NCBI GenBank assembly: GCA_964497535.1
Contig: CAZCCG010000002.1
Coordinates: 104,227 to 168,226 of the forward strand
Direction: 5' to 3'
Length of the DNA: 64,000 nt
Source: an uncultured Gammaproteobacteria bacterium
GTDB lineage: Bacteria > Patescibacteriota > Microgenomatia > Levybacterales > UBA12049
Translations under genes and position numbers: made by a program
Part shown: positions 47,855 through 58,837 of the stretch, one piece after another
How positions within the stretch are numbered: the stretch's first letter is position 1
Layout of the letters: each line of letters starts with the position of its first letter
The notes under the pieces: generated by a model
Told to the model about the DNA's origin: nothing
Database searches by the model: none
What the model saw: the letters and a program-made list of their open reading frames with translations, nothing else

Positions 47855-47864
47855 CCTATGAACT

Positions 47865-50800
47865 ATGGCAAAACAAGAAAGCACATTTTTAAAACATCTC
47901 AAACTTGACCCCAGACAGGAAAAATCTTTTATCGCTGCCTATCTTGGAAATTCCAGATTGGTTATTCTCTTATTGCTCTTAATTATATTGATAGGACTTA
48001 GCTCTTTCTTTGGACTCTCCAGAACTCTTAACCCCGAAATTAAAATTCCTATTGTAGTGGTAACCACTATACTTCCCGGAGCAAATCCACAGGATATTGA
48101 AAGCCTGGTAACGATTCCAATCGAAGATTCAGTACGAGGGGTACAAAAAATTAAGACTCTCACCTCAACTTCTCAAGATTCTGTCTCTTCCATTAGTATT
48201 GAATTTAATTCTGGTGTTGATCCTGATAAGGCAAAAGCAGATATCCAATCTGCTGTAGATTCAGTAACTACACTTCCACAAGATGCACAAACGCCCACTG
48301 TTATTAAATTGGATTTTGAAAATCAGCCGGTGTGGATATTTGATGTAACAACCTCCAAAGATGATGGATCGTTATTTCGATTCGCAAAAGACCTGCAGGC
48401 CAAATTGAAGGATCTGCCCGAAATTGACAAAGCGGATGTTTCAGGACTTGAAGATACCGAAGTTCAAATAACTATCAAACCTGAGGCCTTTACTACCTAT
48501 CAGATAAACCCTGTCCAAATTTCTCAGTTAGTTACCAGTGCTCTCAAAGCTTTTCCGGCAGGTTCTGTACGTGCCCAGAATAGCACGTTTGCTATGAGTA
48601 TTAATGCTCAAGCTGTAACTGTGGCAGATATCCGTAAATTGGAAATAAATCTCAACGGGCAACCGGTTGCTCTTTCTCAAATTGCATTCATTTCAGAGCA
48701 TCCCAAACCTGACCAATCACAGTCATATCTGATATACCCCAATCAAATACCCAAACGCTCAGTAACATTTAATGTTTATAAAGTTTCCAGCGTAAATATC
48801 GACACGGCAGCAAATGCGGCTACTACATTGGTAGAAGATCAAATCAAAGCAAGTGGAGGGGGGTTCCAAATCGCGACTGTTCAAAATACTTCGGAAGAAA
48901 TCGATCGACAATTTTTTGATTTGGCACGAGACTTTACTATAACAATTGTTCTTGTTGTTATTGTTTTATTCATATTCCTGGGCGGCAGACAAGCATTGGT
49001 ATCTGCATTGTCTGCACCACTGAGTTTTTTAATAGTGTTTTCTGTAATGAAAGCCACAGGAATTTCCCTCAATTTCTTATCATTGTTCTCTCTTATTTTG
49101 TCATTGGGACTGTTGGTTGATGATACTGTCGTTGTGATCTCAGCAATGACGTTCTACTACAAAACTGGCAGATTTACTCCGCTTCAAACAGGGCTTCTGG
49201 TCTGGAGAGATTTTTTGATTCCTGTATTTACTACCACCATCACAACGGTATGGGCATTTTTACCTCTGTTGCTGGCAACCGGTATTATTGGAGAGTTTAT
49301 TAAATCTATTCCGGTCGTTGTATCAACCGCGTTGGCAGCATCATTTTTTGTCAGTATCTTTATTACATTACCACTTATCATTATTTTATTTATTGGTAAT
49401 ATTCCTAAAAGAGTAGTAATTTTTCTCAAAATTATTGTTTTTTTAGGGATTGTAGGACTATTTTATATTCTCTTACCAAAAAATAATAACTTTGTCGTAT
49501 TACAAGTACTGGTTTTTATGATAGTTTTACTGATTGGGTACCATATCCGTACCAATCTGAATCAGGCCATCCATCTCTTTTTTCATCGAATAGTAATCTT
49601 TACTAAAAGACTACGAAAATCTTCCAAAAAAACTCCCGTTATTCCTACCACTGTATCTGGTTTTCAGTGGAGAAAAACAATTGACAGCGGAATTATTAGC
49701 TTTGACAGATTTAATATACGGTACCGCAAGATGATAGAAGGAATTATTAAAAATCCCACGAAACGAAGACAAACAGTAGCAATGGTTATTATCTTTTTTA
49801 TTTTCGCGTTTCTTCTGGTACCGCTTGGATTTGTTAAAAGTGAATTCTTTCCAAAATCTGATCAAGACATTATTTATCTCAACTTAGAACTTCCTGCCGG
49901 AACGTATATTAATGAAACACAAGTTGAATCGTTACAATTGTTGAAAACTGTCAAAAATACACCCGAATTAAAATTCGCGACCCTGGATGTGTCAAAAAGT
50001 TATACCTCAGGACAAGGAGCAGGATCAGGAGGAGGAAATACTGCACTTATTACTTTAACACTTTTGAAAAAAGACGAGCGCAAAATAAGTTCTTCAGATA
50101 TTGCAGATCAGTTGCGCAAACAATTCGCAAATTACCAGAAAGGAACATTAAGTGTTGTTGAACTTTCCGGAGGACCTCCGGTTGGAGCTGACCTTCAGAT
50201 AAAATTACTCGGAGATAACTTAAATACCCTAGATGCATATGCTAATAAAGTACAAACCTTTTTAAAACAACAAAAAGGGGTAACCAACATAGAAAAATCT
50301 ATCAAACCCGGTACCCCAAAAGTTACCTTTACCCCCAACCTTACGGTACTTTCTAAAAACAATATGGGAATTGATCAGGTAGGATTATATCTACGGATGT
50401 ATGCTTCTGGATTTGGGGTGGGAAAGATAAAATTTGACGGTGATACAAAAGATACTGATATAACACTGCGATTCTACCAGGGCTCTGCTTTTGCAAACTC
50501 GGTCAATTCAGTCCTAATTCCAAATACAAGTGGAGACAAGCTTCCTATCTCATCCTTAGGGACTTTTTCTCTCACACCAAACCCGACTTTAATAACGCGA
50601 GAGGAAGGGAAACGGACTCTTTCTATTTCAGCCTCGGTAACCAAAGGATTCAATGTTACGGATCTGAATAAAAAGCTGGAGTCGTATGCTGACACCGGAC
50701 TCAATCTACCAAGCGGTTATTCATGGAAGACTGGAGGAGCAAATGAAGAAAATCAAAATAGCATACAGTCAATTTTACAAGCTATGATACTATCATTTTT

Positions 50801-51281
50801 GTTAATCATTATAACAATGGTTGTCCAGTTTTCTTCATTCCGAAGAGCCCTGATTGTTATGCTTGTTATTCCTCTGTCAATTTCCGGAGTATTTATTATC
50901 TTTGCTCTCCTGGGTATACCACTCTCATTTCCGGCTCTCATAGGACTGTTGGCTCTTTTTGGAATAGTAGTCAAAAATTCTATATTGATTGTGGATCGAA
51001 TCGTACAAAACAGCAAAGAAGGATTGACACTTATTGACTCAATTGGAGAAGCATCGGCATCACGACTTGAACCAATTGCTCTTACTTCTTTTTGTACTAT
51101 CGTAGGTCTTATTCCTATTACCCTTACCGACCCCTTATGGAGAGGTTTGGGAGGAGCGATTATTGCAGGACTGACGTTCTCAGGAACAATTATGTTATTC
51201 TTTATTCCGGTAGTCTATTATCTGTTATTTCGAGGAGAGGAAAAAAACGAAAAACTCACTGTTACAAACCATCCCCGGTAA
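47865..51281 (+). CDS. RND family efflux transporter permease (AcrB/HAE-like), 12 TM
   Basis: 1138 aa. The N-terminal TM1 plus large loop pattern (IPIVVVTTILPGANPQDIE...) is characteristic of AcrB-type pumps. Confidence 0.85.
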   Translation: MAKQESTFLKHLKLDPRQEKSFIAAYLGNSRLVILLLLLIILIGLSSFFGLSRTLNPEIKIPIVVVTTILPGANPQDIESLVTIPIEDSVRGVQKIKTLTSTSQDSVSSISIEFNSGVDPDKAKADIQSAVDSVTTLPQDAQTPTVIKLDFENQPVWIFDVTTSKDDGSLFRFAKDLQAKLKDLPEIDKADVSGLEDTEVQITIKPEAFTTYQINPVQISQLVTSALKAFPAGSVRAQNSTFAMSINAQAVTVADIRKLEINLNGQPVALSQIAFISEHPKPDQSQSYLIYPNQIPKRSVTFNVYKVSSVNIDTAANAATTLVEDQIKASGGGFQIATVQNTSEEIDRQFFDLARDFTITIVLVVIVLFIFLGGRQALVSALSAPLSFLIVFSVMKATGISLNFLSLFSLILSLGLLVDDTVVVISAMTFYYKTGRFTPLQTGLLVWRDFLIPVFTTTITTVWAFLPLLLATGIIGEFIKSIPVVVSTALAASFFVSIFITLPLIIILFIGNIPKRVVIFLKIIVFLGIVGLFYILLPKNNNFVVLQVLVFMIVLLIGYHIRTNLNQAIHLFFHRIVIFTKRLRKSSKKTPVIPTTVSGFQWRKTIDSGIISFDRFNIRYRKMIEGIIKNPTKRRQTVAMVIIFFIFAFLLVPLGFVKSEFFPKSDQDIIYLNLELPAGTYINETQVESLQLLKTVKNTPELKFATLDVSKSYTSGQGAGSGGGNTALITLTLLKKDERKISSSDIADQLRKQFANYQKGTLSVVELSGGPPVGADLQIKLLGDNLNTLDAYANKVQTFLKQQKGVTNIEKSIKPGTPKVTFTPNLTVLSKNNMGIDQVGLYLRMYASGFGVGKIKFDGDTKDTDITLRFYQGSAFANSVNSVLIPNTSGDKLPISSLGTFSLTPNPTLITREEGKRTLSISASVTKGFNVTDLNKKLESYADTGLNLPSGYSWKTGGANEENQNSIQSILQAMILSFLLIIITMVVQFSSFRRALIVMLVIPLSISGVFIIFALLGIPLSFPALIGLLALFGIVVKNSILIVDRIVQNSKEGLTLIDSIGEASASRLEPIALTSFCTIVGLIPITLTDPLWRGLGGAIIAGLTFSGTIMLFFIPVVYYLLFRGEEKNEKLTVTNHPR

Positions 51282-51293
51282 ATCGAAACTCAA

Positions 51294-51941
51294 TTATTTA
51301 CTGCTAAGCTTCTGGTCGATAACCTTTTTGAAGTCTGCTACCTGAGGTACTCCCTCCATCTTTTGTCCATTTACAAAAAATGTCGGCGTGGCATTTACTC
51401 CCAATGCATCTCCATCCTGTATATCCTGCTCAATCCGTTTGGCAGAAGCATTATTTTGCACCTCTGTTTTAAATTTCTCAATATCCAACCCGAGCTTTTG
51501 GGCATACTTTATATAGAGATCAAGGGGTTGAGGACTATCGCTCCACTCACTTTGGTTTTTATAGAGCACGTCATGCATTTCCCAGAATTTCCCCTGGTTC
51601 CCTGCCGCTTCGGCCGCTTCGGCAGCGCTATGGGAATTTTTATGCATTGTCAAAGGGAAATTTCGAAACACAAAGGTTATCTTCTTACCATACGTAGATT
51701 CTATTTGCTCAACAACCGGCTCTGCTACTCCACAAGCAGGACATTGATAATCTCCAAATTCTACAATAATAACTTTGGAAGAACCCTTTGTAGTATGGCT
51801 ACTCTTGCGAACCAGAAGTTTTGGATCAATTTTTTGGACTTGGTTGGGAGCTGCATTCCCACCCATCAGAAATACTGCTCCGCCCAAAAGAACCAGGCTA
51901 ACAATCCCAATTCCAATCATGATTTTTACATCTTGCTTCAT
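51294..51941 (-). CDS. DsbA/BdbD-like thiol:disulfide oxidoreductase
   Basis: Signal anchor, thioredoxin fold and a CPAC active site. Confidence 0.8.
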   Translation of the reverse strand: MKQDVKIMIGIGIVSLVLLGGAVFLMGGNAAPNQVQKIDPKLLVRKSSHTTKGSSKVIIVEFGDYQCPACGVAEPVVEQIESTYGKKITFVFRNFPLTMHKNSHSAAEAAEAAGNQGKFWEMHDVLYKNQSEWSDSPQPLDLYIKYAQKLGLDIEKFKTEVQNNASAKRIEQDIQDGDALGVNATPTFFVNGQKMEGVPQVADFKKVIDQKLSSK

Positions 51942-52405
51942 TTTTTCCTGTTAATTCTGTGTAATTGTACCATACACAATGTAATAAGGGTAAATGCTAC
52001 AAAAGAAAGCATAGGAACTGTCAAAAAGCCAAAAATCTGAAGCTGTACGGTTGCACAAGATATAACTTCTGAACCGCAAGGAATAGTAATAGGCAACAGA
52101 TTAGCTTGAAGGAGAATCTGATAGAACGCAACAATCATTCCTAAAATACTCAATGGTACAACAAAAAAAGGGATATTTTTGTCTTCTTTTAAAATTCCAG
52201 CAGGGATTAACCAGACCAAGGGATACATTACTATTCGTTGGAACCAGCAGAGTGAGCAGGGGGGATACTGCAATATTTCACTGATATACAAACTGGAGAG
52301 CAGTGATAAAAGGGCAATCACCCATGAAAAATAGAGAAGATATTTCCTTTGTGTTACCATTCTGAGATCATTTTCATTATATATCTTCGCTCTTACCTCA
52401 TGCAA
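51938..52405 (-). CDS. DsbB/BdbC-like disulfide bond formation protein B
   Basis: PCSLCWFQRIVMYP first Cys pair and PCGSEVISC second pair, with 4 TM helices. ATGA overlap with the DsbA-like gene. Confidence 0.75.
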   Translation of the reverse strand: MHEVRAKIYNENDLRMVTQRKYLLYFSWVIALLSLLSSLYISEILQYPPCSLCWFQRIVMYPLVWLIPAGILKEDKNIPFFVVPLSILGMIVAFYQILLQANLLPITIPCGSEVISCATVQLQIFGFLTVPMLSFVAFTLITLCMVQLHRINRKK

Positions 52406-52474
52406 CTAATTTCCTATTTGACTCTTCAAAAATTCTTAGCTATGCTAGATAGAGAGCTCTAACCAGACAATTGC

Positions 52475-53371
52475 ATGAACAAACAGAGAGTTATTATTTT
52501 AGGCATTATTGGTACTCTGTTACTCGGAGGTATTTTATTTACAGTAATTGTAGCAAACCAACAACAAGAGATCCGATCCAATGCGCAAGCTGTCCCTACT
52601 CCTACTACTGCTGTCTGTCCCGCGCCTGACGCTGTACAGAATGTAATAATAGACTATCCAAATTGTACCGGACAAACAGTAGGAAGCACATGTGATTATG
52701 TGACTGCTTCCTGCAGCTGGTCCCCTGTTACTACGGCAAGCACCTATACCGTAAAGGTCACAGAAGTAGAAACAGGAACTGTCGTTAAAAATAACGAACA
52801 GCAAAATAGCAGTACTACCAAAATAACATTCCCCGTGAATCAAGGAAAAACATATAAGTGCGACGTTTTTGCCACAAACTCATGTGGAACCAACGGTGGG
52901 GTAGGTACCTTTAGCCTCCTGTGTAAAGCAGACGCCCTGTTAACTACTCCCACACCGGTTATCACAACTGCACCTACCACAGCACCTACCCCTACTCCAG
53001 TAACACTTGCCTGCGGCTTCACTCCCTGCAATGTAAATGCCAAATGCCAAACAGGTTTAGTCTGTATTATCACCAATAATAACCAAGGATACTGCGCATT
53101 CCCACAATACCAAACCGCATGTAAAAATAGTCCTTCTACTGCCAGTTGCTGCACTCCACCTGCGGCTCCGACGACACCTCCCAACTCACCTCCCAACTCA
53201 TCTCCAAGCGCAGTGGTACAACCAACCGCCTGGCCTACTCAAATAGCAGTAGTACCAACAGCAATACCCACACTGCCGGCTACAGGAGATACTTCACCGG
53301 TTATTTTGGTAGGAAGTATTGGGGCAGCCCTCACAATCATCGGTGGTATCCTTGCCTTCTTCGTCCTCTAA
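52475..53371 (+). CDS. Secreted Cys-, Pro- and Thr-rich protein with FN3-like module and C-terminal LPATG sorting motif
   Basis: Signal anchor, a Cys-containing FN3-like module, and LPATG followed by a hydrophobic segment. There is no terminal positively charged tail. Confidence 0.5.
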   Translation: MNKQRVIILGIIGTLLLGGILFTVIVANQQQEIRSNAQAVPTPTTAVCPAPDAVQNVIIDYPNCTGQTVGSTCDYVTASCSWSPVTTASTYTVKVTEVETGTVVKNNEQQNSSTTKITFPVNQGKTYKCDVFATNSCGTNGGVGTFSLLCKADALLTTPTPVITTAPTTAPTPTPVTLACGFTPCNVNAKCQTGLVCIITNNNQGYCAFPQYQTACKNSPSTASCCTPPAAPTTPPNSPPNSSPSAVVQPTAWPTQIAVVPTAIPTLPATGDTSPVILVGSIGAALTIIGGILAFFVL

Positions 53372-53507
53372 AAGAGTAAAGCTAAAAGCGAAAAGTGTAA
53401 AACAACGTATAACGTATAGTTATTAGGGTCTAGCGTTTAGTTTTACTGGAGACGGTAGCTCGCCTCGCTTCGCAGGCGAAGCGGGTCTGTAGACCGTAGA
53501 CCTGCTT

Positions 53508-53552
53508 CCTGATGTGTCTAGCTAATCTGTCTACAGCAAATGCGGTAGACAG
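53508..53552 (+). repeat. REP-like element, copy F (variant: GATGTGTCTAG head plus CTGTCTAC...GTAGACAG palindrome) in a palindrome-rich convergent intergenic region
   Basis: CCTGATGTGTCTAGCTAATCTGTCTACAGCAAATGCGGTAGACAG. A CGCTTCGC-AG-GCGAAGCG hairpin lies upstream at 53466-53483. Confidence 0.45.
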
Positions 53553-53574
53553 TTTCAACTCTGAATGATTATAC

Positions 53575-54315
53575 CTACTCCGTGGGGGTTATCCCATATA
53601 CAGTAAGCGGCGTACCTGGATTATTATCAGTAGCGTAGGTTGTAAAGCCTTCAGTCACTGGACCTGCCCAATCAAAGAGTTTTTTAGCATTTTCATTGCT
53701 GATATTAATACAGCCATGGCTCATCGGATGACCAAAATTATTATGCCAATATGCTCCATGTAATCCAAATCCCTGAGTTTTGGGTACTTCATTATTATAG
53801 AAATACATCGTATATTCTACATTTGGTAAATTGTAATAGGTTCCAATAGCCGGATTGCCACCCGCCATACGGGTACTACGAAGCTTTATCCATATCGTAA
53901 ATTCACCTGCTGGTGTCGGATACCACTTCCCTGAGGATATCGGGAAATCCATATCCAAAATTCCATCATCATAGGCATACAAATGTTGCGAGGAAAGATC
54001 AACGTAAATATGTTTTTTTGAATTATCCGTTTGTGCTCCTAAAACATTAGGCATAGTATCGGTTTGAGCAACAATTAAAGGCGCTGCTACTTTTTTCCCC
54101 ATAAATATTCCTTGGGTACTTGTTTGTGGTTTCCCACTGAGATCTTTTATACAGCTGATAGAATTTGCGCAGGAGGCAACTAACGCTTTCGGAGGAGTAC
54201 CATGAAGCACTGTCAAAACACCAATACTGAGTAGAGCAAGGATTCCAAATACCCACGCACGAGACAGTGAGGTACGCTTTGTTTTTCGCCGGATACTATG
54301 ATGTTTTTTGGGCAT
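53575..54315 (-). CDS. L,D-transpeptidase (YkuD fold)
   Basis: Catalytic HG...SHGCI motif (GFGLHGAYWHNNFGHPMSHGCINI), with an N-terminal TM anchor. Confidence 0.8.
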   Translation of the reverse strand: MPKKHHSIRRKTKRTSLSRAWVFGILALLSIGVLTVLHGTPPKALVASCANSISCIKDLSGKPQTSTQGIFMGKKVAAPLIVAQTDTMPNVLGAQTDNSKKHIYVDLSSQHLYAYDDGILDMDFPISSGKWYPTPAGEFTIWIKLRSTRMAGGNPAIGTYYNLPNVEYTMYFYNNEVPKTQGFGLHGAYWHNNFGHPMSHGCINISNENAKKLFDWAGPVTEGFTTYATDNNPGTPLTVYGITPTE

Positions 54316-54429
54316 GTAGTATTACAGTAGAGCAAAATTCACCTTGTGTAAAGAGGCAATGTGAGGCTAAAATAAGCATCCCTGGTCTTGACAATAGCCC
54401 TATAGTATGTTATACTTCGTCTTCTGCCT

Positions 54430-55086
54430 ATGATACTAATACCACTTTTTTCAGCTATAACTTTGGTCTTGACAGGACTCATGTTTGGGCCTATAAACCC
54501 CATGCAACACCCTCAAAGTAGGGTTCTTTCAACACATCAAATGTCACTTACCGACCGGTATCAGGTACCAAGTGTGAATGATGTGTTTAAAGATAATATC
54601 CTTCTTAATATCGCCTATATGAACGGGAGAGTAGCCTCCCCCAGAGACATAAATTGGAATAGCCTGAATAAACCCTTCCAAACTCATTTTATACTGCAAC
54701 CCGGTGAGATGTTTGCTTTCCATGATGATGTACTTCCTCAGTTTGAAGGCAAAGTAACCAAAACAACCAAAGCTCATTTTAATGCCCAGGAAGGATTCAA
54801 ATCCGATGGATATTTATTTGGAGACGGGGTATGTCATTTGGCATCATTAATTGGTTGGGCAGCACGTGACGCACAACTGGATGTTGTAGCACCAACAAAT
54901 CATGATTTTATGACAATTCCGGAAATTCCTTCCAAATATGGCGTCTCTATTTACGCAGCTTCGGGAGAATCATCAGTGAGTGAACAACAAAATCTCTATA
55001 TCAAAAATAATTTTAAAAAACCGATCGCATTTGTATTTGACTATAAAAACGAGCAATTAAAAGTTTCGGTCCTCCGACTGGACTAA
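54430..55086 (+). CDS. VanW-like protein
   Basis: GDGVCHLASLIGWAARDAQLDVVAPTNHDF matches the GGGVCQVSSTLYNAAL...NH core of the VanW domain. Confidence 0.55.
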   Translation: MILIPLFSAITLVLTGLMFGPINPMQHPQSRVLSTHQMSLTDRYQVPSVNDVFKDNILLNIAYMNGRVASPRDINWNSLNKPFQTHFILQPGEMFAFHDDVLPQFEGKVTKTTKAHFNAQEGFKSDGYLFGDGVCHLASLIGWAARDAQLDVVAPTNHDFMTIPEIPSKYGVSIYAASGESSVSEQQNLYIKNNFKKPIAFVFDYKNEQLKVSVLRLD

Positions 55087-55093
55087 TCTCTTC

Positions 55094-55891
55094 TTGCATT
55101 TTTGTCCATTACTGTTTAGTATAATAACTATGGATAGAAAAATTGTTGTAGCAGTAATTCTATTAATAGTTCTGGGGATCGTAGTTACAAAATCCTCAAT
55201 GAGATCCTCACTATTTTCTTCACCTTCTGCGTCTACTGTAACGGCACAAGATATATCGATAGTTTCAAATTCTATAAAACAAAATGCCAATAACATTACT
55301 ATATCCATGGTATATCCGCAGATTTTATCTGATTCAAATAACTCGGCTCAAAATGCAATAAATACGGATATTCAAAAGTTTGTGAATAGCAACATTACCT
55401 TTATGCAAACTCAAATTAATGATTATAATACCGGTAGCCCATCCAAAAATCCTGCTTCTCAAATAAATGGTGTCTATACAACCGGCCAACAGGGAAAAAC
55501 AGTTGTTTCTGTTCATTTCACCTTTTTCTATAACACCCAATTTCTCGCCCATCCGATTACCTATAACAAAACACTAGTTTATAATCTTAATTCAGGCAAG
55601 AGGATAACAACCGGTGGGTTATTCAAATCAAATTCTAATTATGTACAGGTACTTTCAAACTATGTCCAAAAAGATCTTGCGAAAAAATTCGAGCAAAACC
55701 CCAACTCTTCAGCATTTATTACTGAAGGACTTTCAAATCCAAAAAATCTCCAAAACATTATAGTCAGCGATAATAGCGTTATTATTTTCTTTGACCCTGC
55801 TACTATTGCACCCGATTATGTAGGTACTGTTGAGGTAGCTATTCCTTTTTCTTCAATCCAAAGCATTCTAAATCCCCAACTCCTTCAATAG
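55094..55891 (+). CDS. Membrane-anchored protein, possibly RsiV-like (DUF4163/DUF3298)
   Basis: N-terminal TM helix and a weak pattern match only. Confidence 0.3.
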   Translation: MHFCPLLFSIITMDRKIVVAVILLIVLGIVVTKSSMRSSLFSSPSASTVTAQDISIVSNSIKQNANNITISMVYPQILSDSNNSAQNAINTDIQKFVNSNITFMQTQINDYNTGSPSKNPASQINGVYTTGQQGKTVVSVHFTFFYNTQFLAHPITYNKTLVYNLNSGKRITTGGLFKSNSNYVQVLSNYVQKDLAKKFEQNPNSSAFITEGLSNPKNLQNIIVSDNSVIIFFDPATIAPDYVGTVEVAIPFSSIQSILNPQLLQ

Positions 55892-55937
55892 TTTTTAAAT
55901 TTCGAATTCATGGCCCAACAGCAATATTTCGAAGAGT

Positions 55938-57014
55938 TTGGTACAATACCGTATGCCTTCCCTTGCTGAGCAAAAATCATCTTATAATTTTGCTGTTGAC
56001 GTACTTCGTATTGTTGCTATCACGGCAGTTGTAGGAATCCATACTACTACAAAGGTACTAGAAGCAACCCATTATAATATTGCAGCTGAATTCATAACAT
56101 TATTTTTCAATCAATCTCTTCGTTTTGCTGTACCTCTTTTTTTCTTAATTTCCGGATTTGTTCTGGAATTGAATTATCGGGAACTGTTTCATTATTCTAC
56201 CTATTTCAAACGTAGAGCAGCGCGTCTTATTATCCCTTATTTATTCTGGAGCCTTTTCTATTGGGTGGGAATCTTCCACTATCCTCTTTTTTCTATCAAC
56301 TTTTTATTTGCTCTATTGGTAGGCAGTGCTTCCTATCAACTTTATTTTATTCCAACTCTTATCATTTTTTATGCTCTTTTTCCTCTCTTTCATCGCTATT
56401 ACTCATTCATAAAAAATAAACTATTTCTTGTGGTAATTATCATCAGTGAGATATTCCTACTCGGATATGATTATTATATCCATCGCTTTTCTCTGGCTGA
56501 TCCGTTACGGGTATCACTGCTTAATTTAGGAATCTTTATTTTGGGAATGATCGCAAGCCACCATGAAACTTCTATTTTGAGCTTCTTTAAAAAATACAGT
56601 CTCGCCTTAAAATGGTCTCTTCTTTTATTGCCGTTGTTTCTTACTATTCAATCCGGTTATTTATATCTGACTACGCATCGCTTAGATGCTATCTACTCAC
56701 AATATCATCCATTTGTCTATTGTTACACTCTTTTATTAAGTGTTGTTCTATTCTCTATTTTCACTCGCTGGGAGCCCCTGCGGAAAAAAGTTCTGTTACT
56801 TTCCAAGCTTTCTTTTTTTGTTTTTTTTGTACATATAGCATTCTTATATCTTTTTTGGAATACCCTGGGGAGAAATCTCTTGCAATCATTGCCTGAGAAT
56901 ATACTTTTTGATATTCTCTACAATCTATTCTTTTTTGTAACAGTTGCCATTCTCTCATTTTTGGCTGCATGGATTATCCATACCCTTCCGTGGGTTAAAA
57001 GAATTACCGGCTAA
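55938..57014 (+). CDS. Acyltransferase family 3 membrane protein (OatA/OafA-like O-acyltransferase)
   Basis: VDVLRIVAITAVVGIHT start and about 10 TM helices. Confidence 0.75.
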   Translation: MVQYRMPSLAEQKSSYNFAVDVLRIVAITAVVGIHTTTKVLEATHYNIAAEFITLFFNQSLRFAVPLFFLISGFVLELNYRELFHYSTYFKRRAARLIIPYLFWSLFYWVGIFHYPLFSINFLFALLVGSASYQLYFIPTLIIFYALFPLFHRYYSFIKNKLFLVVIIISEIFLLGYDYYIHRFSLADPLRVSLLNLGIFILGMIASHHETSILSFFKKYSLALKWSLLLLPLFLTIQSGYLYLTTHRLDAIYSQYHPFVYCYTLLLSVVLFSIFTRWEPLRKKVLLLSKLSFFVFFVHIAFLYLFWNTLGRNLLQSLPENILFDILYNLFFFVTVAILSFLAAWIIHTLPWVKRITG

Positions 57015-57621
57015 GATACTGTTGAAATATATTCCTATCTTCGTATTTTTGTTGGGTATAAACTACTAGACGCTGAGAATAATTTTTTTTCAATCGGTCA
57101 AATGTACCTTTGCATGTAATTAAATTTAACCGTGGGTTAGAACTTGTGCCAAAAACTTTGTTGACCGGAAATTGATCATATTGGTATGTTTCTTTTGCCG
57201 TAACGATAAAATATAGTTGTTTGTTATCACCCTGTATGATGATACTATCCCCTTTTTCAAGTTGTGAAAGGTTATAAAAAACAGCAGGTCCCGTGAGAGA
57301 ATCTACATGCCCATCAATAACGGCATTCCCCACCTCTCCCGGCTTATATCCCAACTTATACCATCCCACATTATTCGTATCTTTGGGTACATCCATTCTC
57401 TTTACAGAATCCAACCCCACTGCTTCTATTTTTGCTGTAATACCAAGACGAGGGATGGAGAGTATCTGCGGATGCTGAATAACATGGGGAGCAAATACTA
57501 TTGAGGATGCCATTCCCATCCTGCCAGGATTGTTTCGAAGATATACAAGAGTAGTGCCTCCTCCCCACCCAATTATTATCCCAACCAAAAGGGAGAAGAA
57601 TATAATCATTACTTTTTTCAT
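57004..57621 (-). CDS. Sortase
   Basis: N-terminal TM helix, catalytic His region AVIDGHVD, TLxTC-type Cys motif LNLITCKG, and a conserved Arg downstream. Confidence 0.8.
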   Translation of the reverse strand: MKKVMIIFFSLLVGIIIGWGGGTTLVYLRNNPGRMGMASSIVFAPHVIQHPQILSIPRLGITAKIEAVGLDSVKRMDVPKDTNNVGWYKLGYKPGEVGNAVIDGHVDSLTGPAVFYNLSQLEKGDSIIIQGDNKQLYFIVTAKETYQYDQFPVNKVFGTSSNPRLNLITCKGTFDRLKKNYSQRLVVYTQQKYEDRNIFQQYLSR

Positions 57622-57684
57622 ATTTTATATGCCAATAGGTACTGTTGAGTATCAGTACCTATCAAGCATTTGTTGGACAGATTT

Positions 57685-57990
57685 TTATTGACTACCGCCC
57701 AATCCTGTTGAAGGAGCGCTATTTGGCATAGTTCCCGGTCCTCCACCAACTCCCGGTTTGAAATCGTTTGAGTTAGTATCATTATTTGATGATCCGGCTG
57801 AACCATTCATACTACTCCCATTATTGGTAGTCCCGACCCCGGTATTACCACTCATATTGGAATTTGAGCTGTTATAAGTAGAACTATTGTTACCCATACC
57901 TGGAGTTGTACTCTGTGCTAATACTACTCCTGCAGTTAAAAGAAGTGCTGATGCAGCAATGGCTGCAGAAGTTGCAAGTGTTTTTCTCAT
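57685..57990 (-). CDS. Secreted low-complexity (Gly/Ser/Asn-rich) protein
   Basis: Signal peptide MRKTLATSAAIAASALLLTAGVVLA, then a low-complexity region. Confidence 0.4.
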   Translation of the reverse strand: MRKTLATSAAIAASALLLTAGVVLAQSTTPGMGNNSSTYNSSNSNMSGNTGVGTTNNGSSMNGSAGSSNNDTNSNDFKPGVGGGPGTMPNSAPSTGLGGSQ

Positions 57991-58156
57991 TAATAATTCA
58001 CCTCCTTTTCTGTATTACCTATCATGTAAAATATTCTGCAATGACAATCAATTGTTCTTGTTCATTGCTACGGTATAATACCTTTTGTCTGTTAGAAAGA
58101 AACATGGTAGGGGTAAGAAAAAAGTAAATTAGATAGTATGCTCCTGATATCTCACC

Positions 58157-58194
58157 AAAAAGCGCACTACTATTTCTATTTGAGTGCGCCTTTT
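58157..58194. terminator. Bidirectional intrinsic terminator (AAAAA-GCGCACT...AGTGCGC-TTTT)
   Basis: A 7-bp stem flanked by an A-run and a T-run, 3' of the minus-strand gene 58218-58685. Confidence 0.5.
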
Positions 58195-58217
58195 GTGGCT
58201 CATTTTTTGATGAACTA

Positions 58218-58685
58218 TTACTGCCCTGTAGTTGTATTACTTGCAGTAGTATTCATCATAGCTGGAGCTTGACCTGCTCCGGTACCGCTCACCTCAATGG
58301 AAGGGGTTGCAGGACCACCTTGCATGCCGGAATTATTGTTTCCTTCGCAATATGACCATAGTTGGAAATAATATTTTGTTCCCGGTGTTAAGGAAGCTAC
58401 AGTATATTGTCGTGTATTTCCATTTCCCGGCAACTGGACTGCGCCAAATTGATAATTTCCAGGATTATATCCATACACGAGCGAATAGTTCGTTATCGGC
58501 CCTGATTGTCCCCACGTAAGTGTTACAGCTCCCGATTGTGGGCCAGTAACAGCTGTAACTGGACTAGCCGCTTGTGCCTGACATGCTGCATACGCTGACG
58601 AAGGAGTTTGGAGAGTTCCTCCGATTAACAACAAAAACGCGATAACGGGAATTGATATTTTTTTCAAGACTACTTTCAGACTCAT
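58218..58685 (-). CDS. Secreted protein with Cys-containing FN3-like domain
   Basis: Signal peptide ending AYA. The TLTW...YSLVYGY...YYFQLWSYCEG pattern is shared with the C-terminus of 12733-15921 and with 52475-53371. Confidence 0.5.
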   Translation of the reverse strand: MSLKVVLKKISIPVIAFLLLIGGTLQTPSSAYAACQAQAASPVTAVTGPQSGAVTLTWGQSGPITNYSLVYGYNPGNYQFGAVQLPGNGNTRQYTVASLTPGTKYYFQLWSYCEGNNNSGMQGGPATPSIEVSGTGAGQAPAMMNTTASNTTTGQ

Positions 58686-58837
58686 AGTGCCTCATTCACC
58701 TCCTTTGTCAAATTAGAGTAGCAAAGAAATGTAAATCTACAACTATTACAGTGTAAGAGAATTGAAAACAGCCCGGTATGTCAATCACCTTTTAAGAAGA
58801 AACCGTGAACAACGCGCTCTGAAGAGAACACCGCAAC